This document shows, piece after piece, positions 49,444 through 58,279 of a stretch of 64,000 nucleotides of DNA. How positions within the stretch are numbered: position 1 is the stretch's first letter; the number at the start of each line of letters is the position of its first letter. The position numbers and the translations under genes were made by a program. The notes under the pieces are model-generated. The model saw nothing but the letters and a program-made list of their open reading frames with translations, made no database searches and had not been told where the DNA came from. The stretch is from positions 124,001 through 188,000 of the IMG/VR virus record IMGVR_UViG_3300009181_000033. One strand, written 5' to 3'.

Positions 49444-50204
49444 AAAAGAACGTAACCTCCCACTACAGCTGCCTCAGTAAATGATGAGCCATTCGTCCAA
49501 ACGTTCCTGTTTCTATCTACGATGCAAGAGCCGCCTTTGAACTCCAGATCTCTCTCCTTGCCAACCCTATTCGAGACAACGACGTTCGCGTCTGTTTCTT
49601 CTGCTAGTTCAACCCATGATGAATCAGGATAGCCATAATCACTGCCCCAATTCGTCAATAGGGCTATTGTGTCGACAGAGCCATTTTTATAAAACCTCTG
49701 TTCATTCTTATAGAATTTATAACTATCTCTATAGTTGTTCATGACATCCCTACAAATCAACACACCTGTTCTTCCTGCTTTGGTGATTATAACAGGGTGC
49801 ATTGCCTCTGATGAAGTCGCCCATAAATTATCGGATCCCCACAGGTTGTGCTTCTGGCAATTCTCAACAAGGCCACTTGGTCCAACAATGGCAGCTGAAT
49901 TAAACAATTGATCTCCACGTTGTTCAACATAGCCAAAGACTATGTGGGTGTTAAATTTCTTTGCTATAGGGGCAAAAACTTCGGTTTGATAACCGTTTTT
50001 CTCCTGTGCACAAGAAGCTGCTTCTCTTTTGTTTTCCAAGACATAACCACTGATGCATAGTTCTGGAAGAACAACCAAACATGCGCCTTTAGCTGCAGCT
50101 TCGAAAGCCATTTGTTGTGCTGTTTTTAAATTTGCATATACGTCCAGGATCTTTGGCTGAAACTGGACTGCTGCAACGATAGGCGCATTTTGCATTTCAA
50201 TCAC
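49440..50204 (-). CDS. Carbon-nitrogen hydrolase (nitrilase superfamily)
   Basis: Triad LPEL, QKHNL, LICRD; SNRVG, FKGGS. Confidence 0.9.
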   Translation of the reverse strand: MIEMQNAPIVAAVQFQPKILDVYANLKTAQQMAFEAAAKGACLVVLPELCISGYVLENKREAASCAQEKNGYQTEVFAPIAKKFNTHIVFGYVEQRGDQLFNSAAIVGPSGLVENCQKHNLWGSDNLWATSSEAMHPVIITKAGRTGVLICRDVMNNYRDSYKFYKNEQRFYKNGSVDTIALLTNWGSDYGYPDSSWVELAEETDANVVVSNRVGKERDLEFKGGSCIVDRNRNVWTNGSSFTEAAVVGGYVLL

Positions 50205-51222
50205 CTTCTATGGGGTTAATAACCTTCTGACCTGATCTTTGAGTTTTCTTCAAGTACTTGTCAAAGAAGACACGGAAGGTGTCCAATTCCGTTACCATCT
50301 CGGGATGGTCCTTCATGAGTTGCACATCAGCAGCTGTAAGCTCACCAGAGCTGCTAAATTCCTTGATATATTCGTTCATGGCAGTCAGAAACAATATTTC
50401 TTTCTCGTCAGGGTCCATTTCTATAAGATATCGTGCCTTCGCCAGAGCATTATCGATGAACTGCTGAAGCTTACCGTGCGACTTGAGACCGAGCTCGGTT
50501 GCAATTGCAGGAATCGAGGCACCACCAACGTCAGACATCGTCACGTTCCTCTTGGGTACAAGGCTTGGATTTGCAGCAAGAGCTTCATCCAAAGCCATGG
50601 CTGCCTCGGGATCTATCTCTTCAACAACTTCGATTGCTGATCTAATTGTCGCCAATCTATCACCAGCAAATCTTGTCAATTTAGAAACGAGCAATTTGAG
50701 GAATTCTTCAGGTTGGTCTTTTATGTCGAGGACATCAAATGTCTTCATGGCTAAGGCAACTATCTTTTCAGCCATATCAACATCACCGTCACTGCCATAA
50801 GAAGCACCTGAATAGCTGAGACCAGTGTCAGTATGGGCACCTGCAGCTTCACTTAATAATTTCCTGATGGTTTTTCTTATGACTTCTTCAATCTTTTGAT
50901 CTTCCTTGTTTTTCATTTTCTTTTCCTCACTGTCGTCATTTAAATCGGCAATAGAATTTTTTATTGAATCGTAAACCTTTGAAGCATCATCATCAGAAAT
51001 ATCTTGAACAATAGAAGACAACGCAGTGTTCAATTCAATCCTATTTCTTGGCTTGAAATTTGGATTGCCTGGATTTGTGATGGCTTCAGAAGGATCAACA
51101 ACATCTGAAATAGATGTAGGCAATTGATCATGCTCGGCTTTTTTCCAGCCCATCGGGGCTGGATTGTCAAGCATTTCCTTGATAAATTGCCTCAGCGCCT
51201 TTTTAGCAACTACTATCTTCAT
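50197..51222 (-). CDS. Hypothetical protein with two copies of the amphipathic tag
   Basis: ALRQFIKEML and VIRKTIRKLLSEA. Confidence 0.7.
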   Translation of the reverse strand: MKIVVAKKALRQFIKEMLDNPAPMGWKKAEHDQLPTSISDVVDPSEAITNPGNPNFKPRNRIELNTALSSIVQDISDDDASKVYDSIKNSIADLNDDSEEKKMKNKEDQKIEEVIRKTIRKLLSEAAGAHTDTGLSYSGASYGSDGDVDMAEKIVALAMKTFDVLDIKDQPEEFLKLLVSKLTRFAGDRLATIRSAIEVVEEIDPEAAMALDEALAANPSLVPKRNVTMSDVGGASIPAIATELGLKSHGKLQQFIDNALAKARYLIEMDPDEKEILFLTAMNEYIKEFSSSGELTAADVQLMKDHPEMVTELDTFRVFFDKYLKKTQRSGQKVINPIEGD

Positions 51223-51557
51223 TGTCCAACCTTATTAGATTCATTCTTTGAGTCTGTCCAGCGCCGTCCAAAATAGAGGGTAAGAACTGGGATTAAATAA
51301 CTAGAACACGCTCCAACATCAAAAGACCTTATAGATAACGGGCCAATCGTTTCAAACATAGAAACCATGTAAGCGGTTGTTGTTGTAAAAAAAGCAATGG
51401 TTGCAAATGTCGCAGACATGGAAGGATTGCCCTTTGTGTCATTTAACAAAAACCATGGTGCTTTTTTGGAAGGAACAACTACCGCTGTCTTCGCTGCGGC
51501 TTTGGCCATTGTCGGTGTGGTTGATGTATTCTTTTCTTCTTTTTTTATGGGAGGCAT
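51219..51557 (-). CDS. Small two-TM membrane protein (holin-like candidate)
   Basis: GNPSMSATF hydrophobic helix; LYFGRR. Confidence 0.5.
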   Translation of the reverse strand: MPPIKKEEKNTSTTPTMAKAAAKTAVVVPSKKAPWFLLNDTKGNPSMSATFATIAFFTTTTAYMVSMFETIGPLSIRSFDVGACSSYLIPVLTLYFGRRWTDSKNESNKVGQ

Positions 51558-51594
51558 ATCAAACCCTTTACAACTCTAAATATTATGCACGTCA

Positions 51595-52095
51595 TCATTT
51601 GGCGATTTGACCAAGTGCAAATATTGTCAATAGAGTAACTGTAGTTCCTCCAACAAATCCCAATCCAGTCCAAAGATAAGGATTGATTTGTTGAGACTCC
51701 AGTTTTTTTATCTCAGAGCTTAAAATCGCAATTCTTGTATCCTTCTCTTGAGCATTTGCCAATAATATTTTTTTATCGGCTTCGAACTGTATTTTTAATT
51801 CCGATTTTTCATATTCACACTTCGAAACACAAGTCCTCGAGACTTTATCAACCTCTATTTTTATCTTTTCATCGACTGTTGAAAGCTCTGTTATAACTGT
51901 AGCAGCTGCACCAGGAGAAAAAAGAACGCCAGTAAATACGGCTCTTTGTCCTTTTTTCATAGGAGAAATAGCGTTGCCAACGTCAGCTTCTCCTTCGGGT
52001 GTCGCAATCGAAGGAATGACGACTGTAGATTCAGCAAAAGCAATAGAGGGTGCCAACATGCTAAAAATCAAAAACAAAGAAACCAACTTCTTCAT
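51595..52095 (-). CDS. Exported coiled-coil protein with C-terminal TM helix
   Basis: Signal peptide (AFA-E), coiled coil, LWTGLGFVGG TM segment. Confidence 0.6.
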   Translation of the reverse strand: MKKLVSLFLIFSMLAPSIAFAESTVVIPSIATPEGEADVGNAISPMKKGQRAVFTGVLFSPGAAATVITELSTVDEKIKIEVDKVSRTCVSKCEYEKSELKIQFEADKKILLANAQEKDTRIAILSSEIKKLESQQINPYLWTGLGFVGGTTVTLLTIFALGQIAK

Positions 52096-52096
52096 A

Positions 52097-52534
52097 TCAT
52101 TCCTCTGGAAAAATAATTTTAAACCCCGTAACCTCGCTAACTCTTTTTGCTAGTTCTTCGGGTGACTTTCCATATTTTTTTACAATCTGTGTTACCTGTT
52201 CTTTTTTCTTCTCTTCAAAAGCTCTTTTGTCTTCATCATATTGTTTCTGGATCAAATCCAAAGTGTCTTGTAGTCTTTTGAGATTTTCTTCGTGCTGCTT
52301 TCTTTCTTCTTCTCTTGCAGATTGAATCTTTCTCATTTCATCATCATGAGCAATCTGTAGTTGATTATATCGATCTGAAAATCGATCTTGTTCTCTTCTA
52401 AAGAAGAAATATCCTGCGGTCGCCGAAACGACAAGAAGCACAACATTCCAGTATTTTTTTATAATCGTCCAAAACATTTCAATTCGGTTTTTCTGTTTTA
52501 TTTTTATTTGTGCTGACCAATGCCGAATCAGCAC
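52097..52534 (-). CDS. N-terminally anchored coiled-coil membrane protein (i-spanin-like topology)
   Basis: TM WNVVLLVVSATAGYFFF then a long charged coiled coil; true start is probably MFWTII. Confidence 0.55.
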   Translation of the reverse strand: MLIRHWSAQIKIKQKNRIEMFWTIIKKYWNVVLLVVSATAGYFFFRREQDRFSDRYNQLQIAHDDEMRKIQSAREEERKQHEENLKRLQDTLDLIQKQYDEDKRAFEEKKKEQVTQIVKKYGKSPEELAKRVSEVTGFKIIFPEE

Positions 52535-52829
52535 TATTTTTCATCATGTTGGACAATATGATTGTTTGAGCTGCCAATATTTCTTCTATGACTTCGTGGT
52601 GCTGCATCACAAGTTTGGTAATTTTTAACACTGCTTGGGACAGCTTTGAGAGTTCTTCAGCCATTATTTCAAAACTTTTTGGCAAAGAACGTATGTCTTC
52701 TGGTATTTCAGAAGACTTCTTTAGGACAGAAGAAAGCATTGATAGCAATCCTGATTCTTCACCATTTTTCATTATTAGTCTTCTCTGCTTCCTCGAGAAG
52801 ACTATACAACGTATTGCTATCGAGTTCAC
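52479..52829 (-). CDS. Hypothetical coiled-coil protein
   Basis: ORF tiling the operon; start uncertain. Confidence 0.5.
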   Translation of the reverse strand: MNSIAIRCIVFSRKQRRLIMKNGEESGLLSMLSSVLKKSSEIPEDIRSLPKSFEIMAEELSKLSQAVLKITKLVMQHHEVIEEILAAQTIILSNMMKNSADSALVSTNKNKTEKPN

Positions 52830-53085
52830 CCATCATTAGGCCTTTTATCTGCTTCTTTCTATTGGCCTTCGCGTCTTCTAGCATGGCTTTAATTCTCTTA
52901 GAAACTAATCGTTCGAAAGTTCTTTCTGCCTTCATGCTATCCTCGGCCATTGTTTCAGCATAGTCAGAAAAAAGTTCTTGCATTGTAAGATTGTGTTTAA
53001 ACATTTTTTCCCTAAGAGTTGCGTGAACCTCTTTGGGTATTTTTATATGCACACATTTTCTACTTTGAAACAAATCACTTCTCAA
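52759..53085 (-). CDS. Putative ribbon-helix-helix DNA-binding protein
   Basis: KCVHIKIPKEVHATLREK...TMQELF pattern. Confidence 0.5.
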   Translation of the reverse strand: MRSDLFQSRKCVHIKIPKEVHATLREKMFKHNLTMQELFSDYAETMAEDSMKAERTFERLVSKRIKAMLEDAKANRKKQIKGLMMGELDSNTLYSLLEEAEKTNNEKW

Positions 53086-53627
53086 GCGCTTCCCCCCATA
53101 GGACCTGCTGCCCCTGCTTTGGGAGCAATATTCTCATCTTCCATCTCAAAATTTGACTTACCGATCTCAATGTCATAAGAATCAAGCAAGTCAGCATTAA
53201 AAGATTCAACAACATCTTCTTCGTAATTTTTGGCTATATAATTACTGGCTCTTCTCAAGATTGTATTTCTCACCTCAAGAAGGGAATCGTAATTTTCTAC
53301 AAGCCTCATGACGTCAGAAACAAAAGAACGAATATCAATATCTTCAGCAGTTAATTTCTCAGGCTCTTCGTCCAGGACTTCGTCTTCATCATCAGCAGAT
53401 TCTTCGTCATCTTCAGCTTCGAACAACCTCCTGACTAGAGAACGAAAGTCACTCCCTTCTGTCTTGACATTCTTGGCCTCAGATTCATATGTGCTAAAAT
53501 ACTTGTCTATCTGGGCATCCAGAGAGTCTTCACCAGGCTCCATTTCTTCTTCCTTCGCTTCCCTTAAAAAGGAAGCAACTACACTACGAAGATAAAATTT
53601 TTTGCTTTTTTTTGAGTGAGTCATCAC
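53082..53627 (-). CDS. Acidic hypothetical protein with two tag copies
   Basis: YLRSVVASFLREA and FRSLVRRLFEA. Confidence 0.65.
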   Translation of the reverse strand: MMTHSKKSKKFYLRSVVASFLREAKEEEMEPGEDSLDAQIDKYFSTYESEAKNVKTEGSDFRSLVRRLFEAEDDEESADDEDEVLDEEPEKLTAEDIDIRSFVSDVMRLVENYDSLLEVRNTILRRASNYIAKNYEEDVVESFNADLLDSYDIEIGKSNFEMEDENIAPKAGAAGPMGGSA

Positions 53628-54385
53628 TTCACCACCTGAGCTATTTGTTCTGCCTTCTTAAATCTTTCTTCAATGGTTTCCCAATTAAATTCTCTCATTT
53701 GGGCAATAAGATAACTCTTTTTATCGTTGAGATAATCTCTATAGTAAGAATGCTCCCACATGTCGACAACAACTAATGGATAAAAGCCAACAGGGACATC
53801 ACCGCTATGATGACTAATCATAAAGTTGACATATTTTCTAAGGAACATGTGGTATCCTAAAACTGCCCAACCACTTCCAGCAGAAAGCGCACAGGCCATA
53901 AAATCACGCTGCCAATCATCAAAAGTACCAAAATCACGTTGTAGCCTAAGGTATGCGGTTGAATCCATTACAATTTCGCTATTTGGATCAAAACAATTAG
54001 CGAAATAAAGTTCATGTAACCAAGCAGCATTTAAGTTATAAACTTCATCAAGCTTAAGAGATCTATATGACGAATGTCTGGAATTGGTGTCAGATCTCTC
54101 TGCAGTATCAAGCTCAGAAGAAACCTTATTGAGACTCTCAACATATCCTTTGTAAAGATCAACGTGCGCACTCTTAGTCTTTTGTGAAACAAACTCAGAG
54201 ACTTGCTTGAATTGCTTTGGCTCATGAACGTATGATTCATTCAAATCAATTTTAGGCAAATTGGCAGTTACCTTTGTCATGTGAACATTCAATGTTTTTT
54301 TGATTATACCTTCAACGTCAACGTTGGCAAAGAGATTTTTATTATCAGTCAAGCTCATATTCGTCCTCCAGGGTGTCTTTATCAA
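53624..54385 (-). CDS. Fe/Mn superoxide dismutase-family protein with an N-terminal extension
   Basis: AH...YKGYV, LHELYF, FGTFDDW, GSGWAVL, DMWEHSYY. Confidence 0.85.
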   Translation of the reverse strand: MIKTPWRTNMSLTDNKNLFANVDVEGIIKKTLNVHMTKVTANLPKIDLNESYVHEPKQFKQVSEFVSQKTKSAHVDLYKGYVESLNKVSSELDTAERSDTNSRHSSYRSLKLDEVYNLNAAWLHELYFANCFDPNSEIVMDSTAYLRLQRDFGTFDDWQRDFMACALSAGSGWAVLGYHMFLRKYVNFMISHHSGDVPVGFYPLVVVDMWEHSYYRDYLNDKKSYLIAQMREFNWETIEERFKKAEQIAQVVK

Positions 54386-54626
54386 CCAAAAAATCGGTGC
54401 CCTCAGGCGTCTTCAATATAGCATCGCGAGGACCAACTGAAACAATCGTATAGAGAAATTGAGTCTTCTTGTGTCTCAACTTCAAATCCTTATCCAAGAC
54501 CTGTTCTTCTTTTCCATCGACCTTGGTTTTAAAAATGGCATCAACGCTCTCAGACAATGTTTTGAGTTTTGCATCCCACTCTTCTCTCATTATCCGGATG
54601 ATTTCAGATTCAGTAAGTTTTTTCAT
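54345..54626 (-). CDS. Hypothetical protein with N-terminal tag
   Basis: MKKLTESEIIRIMREE; ATATTTA and GGGAG upstream. Confidence 0.65.
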   Translation of the reverse strand: MKKLTESEIIRIMREEWDAKLKTLSESVDAIFKTKVDGKEEQVLDKDLKLRHKKTQFLYTIVSVGPRDAILKTPEGTDFLVDKDTLEDEYELD

Positions 54627-55057
54627 GTTTCTCCCTTAAATATTATGTCGGAGAATCTAATTACTTCAATACCGCAAGATTTAATCAATTCAATGCCTTC
54701 GGTGTTTCTATATTCATTTTCGTAAACAACCCTATGAATATTTGCATTGATAATTAATTTAGAACACTGTGGACATGGAGAGTGAGTCAAATACATCGTC
54801 TTCTCTTGGTTGAAGTTATAATCACATTTTATAAGCGAATTAACTTCAGCGTGAATAAATCCGCTCTGGCCAGGATCTAAAGAGTCTGGTTCATTGGGGC
54901 CTCCCCGATAATTTCCGTTATATCCTAAAGACAAAAGTCTAGTGTTGTCTTTGGAGACTATAATCGATCCTACTTTGAGTCTTGGATCATAAGATCGATC
55001 AGCGACAGTACGAGCAATGCTCATCCATGTTTCATCCCAAGAAGGTCTTCTACTCAT
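54623..55057 (-). CDS. dCMP deaminase
   Basis: RPSWDE, LGYNG, HAEVN, SPCPQC. Confidence 0.93.
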   Translation of the reverse strand: MSRRPSWDETWMSIARTVADRSYDPRLKVGSIIVSKDNTRLLSLGYNGNYRGGPNEPDSLDPGQSGFIHAEVNSLIKCDYNFNQEKTMYLTHSPCPQCSKLIINANIHRVVYENEYRNTEGIELIKSCGIEVIRFSDIIFKGET

Positions 55058-55058
55058 A

Positions 55059-55637
55059 TTAATTTCCATATGTTTTTTGTCTATTGTCAACATAAAGATA
55101 GTGACTATAGCACCTGGGTTCATACAATTCTGAGCCACCCACCTCTATTTCATCACCACCCGTCTGTTTTTTATGAGTATAGTGTGCATCTCTTCCACAC
55201 ACAGTGCAAACAGCCGTGCACTTCTCAAGACTTGTTGCCCAAACAGACATTTTTTCTATCTCTTCAAATGGCTTACCAGTCGCAGACATCTCAAGAGATG
55301 AGACTACAATAGTAAACCCATTCTTATATAACCACACCAAAGACTCGGCTATTCCTGGAATCATGAATGCTTCATCTACTGCAATCACCTGAGGGTTGTC
55401 CGGAGAATTGGCAAGATGCTCAAGAAGATCAACTCCCGTCTTTACACGAACGGCAGGCAACTTCCATCCAGCATGTGTGACAATTTCTCCTTCGCCATAC
55501 CGGTCATCCATAGAAGGCTTAAAAGCTACAACTTTCTTGTGTTGGTACTTGTATCTCTCAAGGGCTGAGAGTAGCCTCGAGGTCTTCGAGGAAAACATGG
55601 GACCGGTATAGACTATGAATTCGGGATTGTTTGACAT
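55059..55637 (-). CDS. tdk: Thymidine kinase
   Basis: GPMFSSKTS, VDEAF, CTVC, VGGSELYEPRC. Confidence 0.9.
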   Translation of the reverse strand: MSNNPEFIVYTGPMFSSKTSRLLSALERYKYQHKKVVAFKPSMDDRYGEGEIVTHAGWKLPAVRVKTGVDLLEHLANSPDNPQVIAVDEAFMIPGIAESLVWLYKNGFTIVVSSLEMSATGKPFEEIEKMSVWATSLEKCTAVCTVCGRDAHYTHKKQTGGDEIEVGGSELYEPRCYSHYLYVDNRQKTYGN

Positions 55638-55638
55638 A

Positions 55639-56595
55639 TCACATTTCCTTTAGACGGTGCCAGTTGGATAAGTACCAATCTATCGTCTGATCAAGTCCAT
55701 TCCAAAAGTCCATCACAGGCTCATATCCTATAACGTTTTTCGACTTTCTTATACACGCATGAGTATGCATAATATCACCCGGGCGCCATGGAGCAACATG
55801 ATGTTTGGCGTCAGGAAACCTACTCAAGAGATAGTCTAGAATTTCTTTATTGGAATAACTTAAGCCACATGCAACGTTAAATGCTTCACCTTTCAGTTGA
55901 TTTTCTGCAAGGGCAGCCTTGATGCAAGCTTCAACGACATTGTCGACGTGACACATGTCTCTTGTTTGGGAGCCATCACCATCAGATCTCATCGAATTTC
56001 CTGACATAATGGCAGTTAACCACGCAGACACAGCTGTTGAATAAGGGGAGCCACCGAGCTGATTATTCCCGAAGACATTAAAGAATCTCATGCAAGCAGA
56101 GTCCAAGCCGTAGAGTTTCGAATAAAGCCCAAGGTATTGTTCTATCAATAATTTCTGTAGTCCATATGGTGACTCCGGAACTGTATTTGCTCTTTCATCT
56201 GTTGGCAATAAATCTACTTGTCCATATACGGCTGATGAAGAAGCAAAGATAAACCTCTTGATGTTTCCCTTGCAAGCGTCAATTAGCTCAAGACTCTTGG
56301 TGACATTCGTATCATTGGTTTTAATGGGTTGCTCTACGGAATAGGAAACTCGAGGATTGGCCGCGAGGTGGAACACATAATCGTATTTTCCATCTCTTAT
56401 TCTTTTTAATATACGTGGAGAAGAAAAATCAGAAACTATCAAATTTTCTGATTCGATTGCAAATGGAATGAAAGTCAAATTTCCATTTGACATATCATCC
56501 ACCATGTCAACTTCCCAATTGTCATTAATCAACTTTAAAGAGAGGTTGCTTCCAATGAAACCACAGCCACCAGTCACCAATGCTCTTTTATTCAT
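55639..56595 (-). CDS. NAD-dependent NDP-sugar epimerase/dehydratase (WbpP/GalE-like)
   Basis: TGGCGFIGS, FHLAA, SSSAVYG, YGLQK, RFFNVFG, GDGSQTRD. Confidence 0.92.
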   Translation of the reverse strand: MNKRALVTGGCGFIGSNLSLKLINDNWEVDMVDDMSNGNLTFIPFAIESENLIVSDFSSPRILKRIRDGKYDYVFHLAANPRVSYSVEQPIKTNDTNVTKSLELIDACKGNIKRFIFASSSAVYGQVDLLPTDERANTVPESPYGLQKLLIEQYLGLYSKLYGLDSACMRFFNVFGNNQLGGSPYSTAVSAWLTAIMSGNSMRSDGDGSQTRDMCHVDNVVEACIKAALAENQLKGEAFNVACGLSYSNKEILDYLLSRFPDAKHHVAPWRPGDIMHTHACIRKSKNVIGYEPVMDFWNGLDQTIDWYLSNWHRLKEM

Positions 56596-56601
56596 AAACT
56601 C

Positions 56602-57612
56602 TCATTTCTTAAAATAATGATAACCCTTAAAAAGGGTGCCTTCCAAAATAAGATTTGAAAGATTCTTGTCATTCAACTTGATGGCCCTGTGCGAAGCCAA
56701 AATTTTGCACCAATCATTCCAGTATGGGTCGTTGGCTTCAAAATGCTTTGCCGTGTTGCCCAAAGCAATCAACAGTTGTTTGTTTGTCTTTGCCTTTCGG
56801 AAATTTGTCTCCACAATTGAAAGGCCGACAGTTGGAACTTCACTTGGGAGCTCTGGCATTTCCTCGGGCAGTTCGTGCCTAAACTTCCAAGAATCATCAA
56901 TGATCTTTTCAACCATCCCGAAGTGTCTCTCGTAAATGTGAAGAGAACCACTTGTGTGAATATAGTCGCCAAGACCAATCGGTCTTCCTAGTTCCTTCGT
57001 TAATTGAATCGCCAATAGTTCCTGGAACAAGGTAAAGGCAGGGACATCATAGGCCAACCCAAGGATTAAATCAGAAGAACGCATGGTTGTGACCATGTGC
57101 ACCTTATCTTTCCTGAGGAAAAACTGGAGGGACAAGGTGCAAGGCACATCAAGGTTGGCATAAATCGAATCCTTAGGTGACCTGATATGAATTATTGCAC
57201 GCCTTGAATCAGGATCTTTCTTGAGCTCATCTACGACATACTTCCACTGAGACCAATCCTCAGAAACATCGCCTGCAATCCTGTCGTGTGGTCTGAATAT
57301 TCTTGCGCCGTATGCACTGTTCGCAGTCTTGCCGTCATCTGAAATCTTTGACCAGAATGTCGAATAGTTTGAAATCCAACTCGTTGAATCATTTGCGCTA
57401 AAATACCACAGCAGCTCAGCAATCATATAGTGAATGGAAAAATCCCTCTCCTTCACATAAGGAATTCTATTCCTCGGGTTCGTGATCTTAAACTGATAGG
57501 CGATGCTCTCCTTGATTCCTAGTCCGCGAGGAGAAGAAGAATACTCAGGATTTTCATAAACATCCTTGAGGATGTCAAGGTAAGCATCGGTGAAATTGTC
57601 GTAAGTTCTCAT
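56602..57612 (-). CDS. Thymidylate-synthase-family enzyme, probably a dCMP hydroxymethylase/methylase
   Basis: DSRRA, VPCT, MRSSD, GLAYDV (Asp at the base-specificity position), SLHIY. Confidence 0.85.
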   Translation of the reverse strand: MRTYDNFTDAYLDILKDVYENPEYSSSPRGLGIKESIAYQFKITNPRNRIPYVKERDFSIHYMIAELLWYFSANDSTSWISNYSTFWSKISDDGKTANSAYGARIFRPHDRIAGDVSEDWSQWKYVVDELKKDPDSRRAIIHIRSPKDSIYANLDVPCTLSLQFFLRKDKVHMVTTMRSSDLILGLAYDVPAFTLFQELLAIQLTKELGRPIGLGDYIHTSGSLHIYERHFGMVEKIIDDSWKFRHELPEEMPELPSEVPTVGLSIVETNFRKAKTNKQLLIALGNTAKHFEANDPYWNDWCKILASHRAIKLNDKNLSNLILEGTLFKGYHYFKK

Positions 57613-57613
57613 A

Positions 57614-58279
57614 TTATTTTCCCGTCAAGAGATGGTAGGAGTCAATGAAATTCTGCCACTTGTCGTGGTTCTGACAGGTCGAAGAATAAACAGATAAATT
57701 AACCTGTTGCTTTGAATAGATCGGTTTAATGAAAAACTCTGTGATGGTCAGGATGTCAATAAGCAGCTCATTCTCAACATCAGAAGCCCTGAACACCAAT
57801 CGAGGAGAGTCCTTGAAATAATGTATCAGATTGAGGCACGTCACATCTTGAGGTGACAACATCTCACTGTCAGAATATTCTGTGAATGGATTTGCAAACC
57901 GAACAACACATCGACGTGTGTCTGGTTTCTTCGTAAGATGTTTCTTTATCTCTTCCAACAAGAATGTGTAATTGACATTGTTGTGTTTTTCACAAGCCAC
58001 CGTATAAATGGTTGACCTGAGAGAAGGTAGTTTCGTCAAGGATCGAAGACTAGGTCTTGATTCGGAAAATTCAGCAAAAACACTCGGCTTAATGTTGTGA
58101 CTTGCGAAGGCATTTCTTTTTGTGTCATAATAGGCTGCCACATCAGGAGATAAATTCTTAAGTCTCCTGATCGCCTCATCTCCCAAGGGAAGATTAGTCA
58201 CATCAAGACGAATGAGATAATCATCATTTTCGAATTCTGGCTTCTTTACTGTAATCATTTTTTCATCCATCAAAATCAC
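57614..58279 (-). CDS. Second, divergent thymidylate-synthase-fold protein
   Basis: PDTRRC, DVTCL, FRASD, LLIDI; lacks the HxY motif. Confidence 0.6.
   Translation of the reverse strand: MILMDEKMITVKKPEFENDDYLIRLDVTNLPLGDEAIRRLKNLSPDVAAYYDTKRNAFASHNIKPSVFAEFSESRPSLRSLTKLPSLRSTIYTVACEKHNNVNYTFLLEEIKKHLTKKPDTRRCVVRFANPFTEYSDSEMLSPQDVTCLNLIHYFKDSPRLVFRASDVENELLIDILTITEFFIKPIYSKQQVNLSVYSSTCQNHDKWQNFIDSYHLLTGK

Noticed and set aside
56602-57612. Ordinary thyA
   Set aside because: Asp rather than Asn at the specificity position and the carbamoyltransferase/kinase context favour a dCMP-modifying enzyme, so no symbol was assigned.
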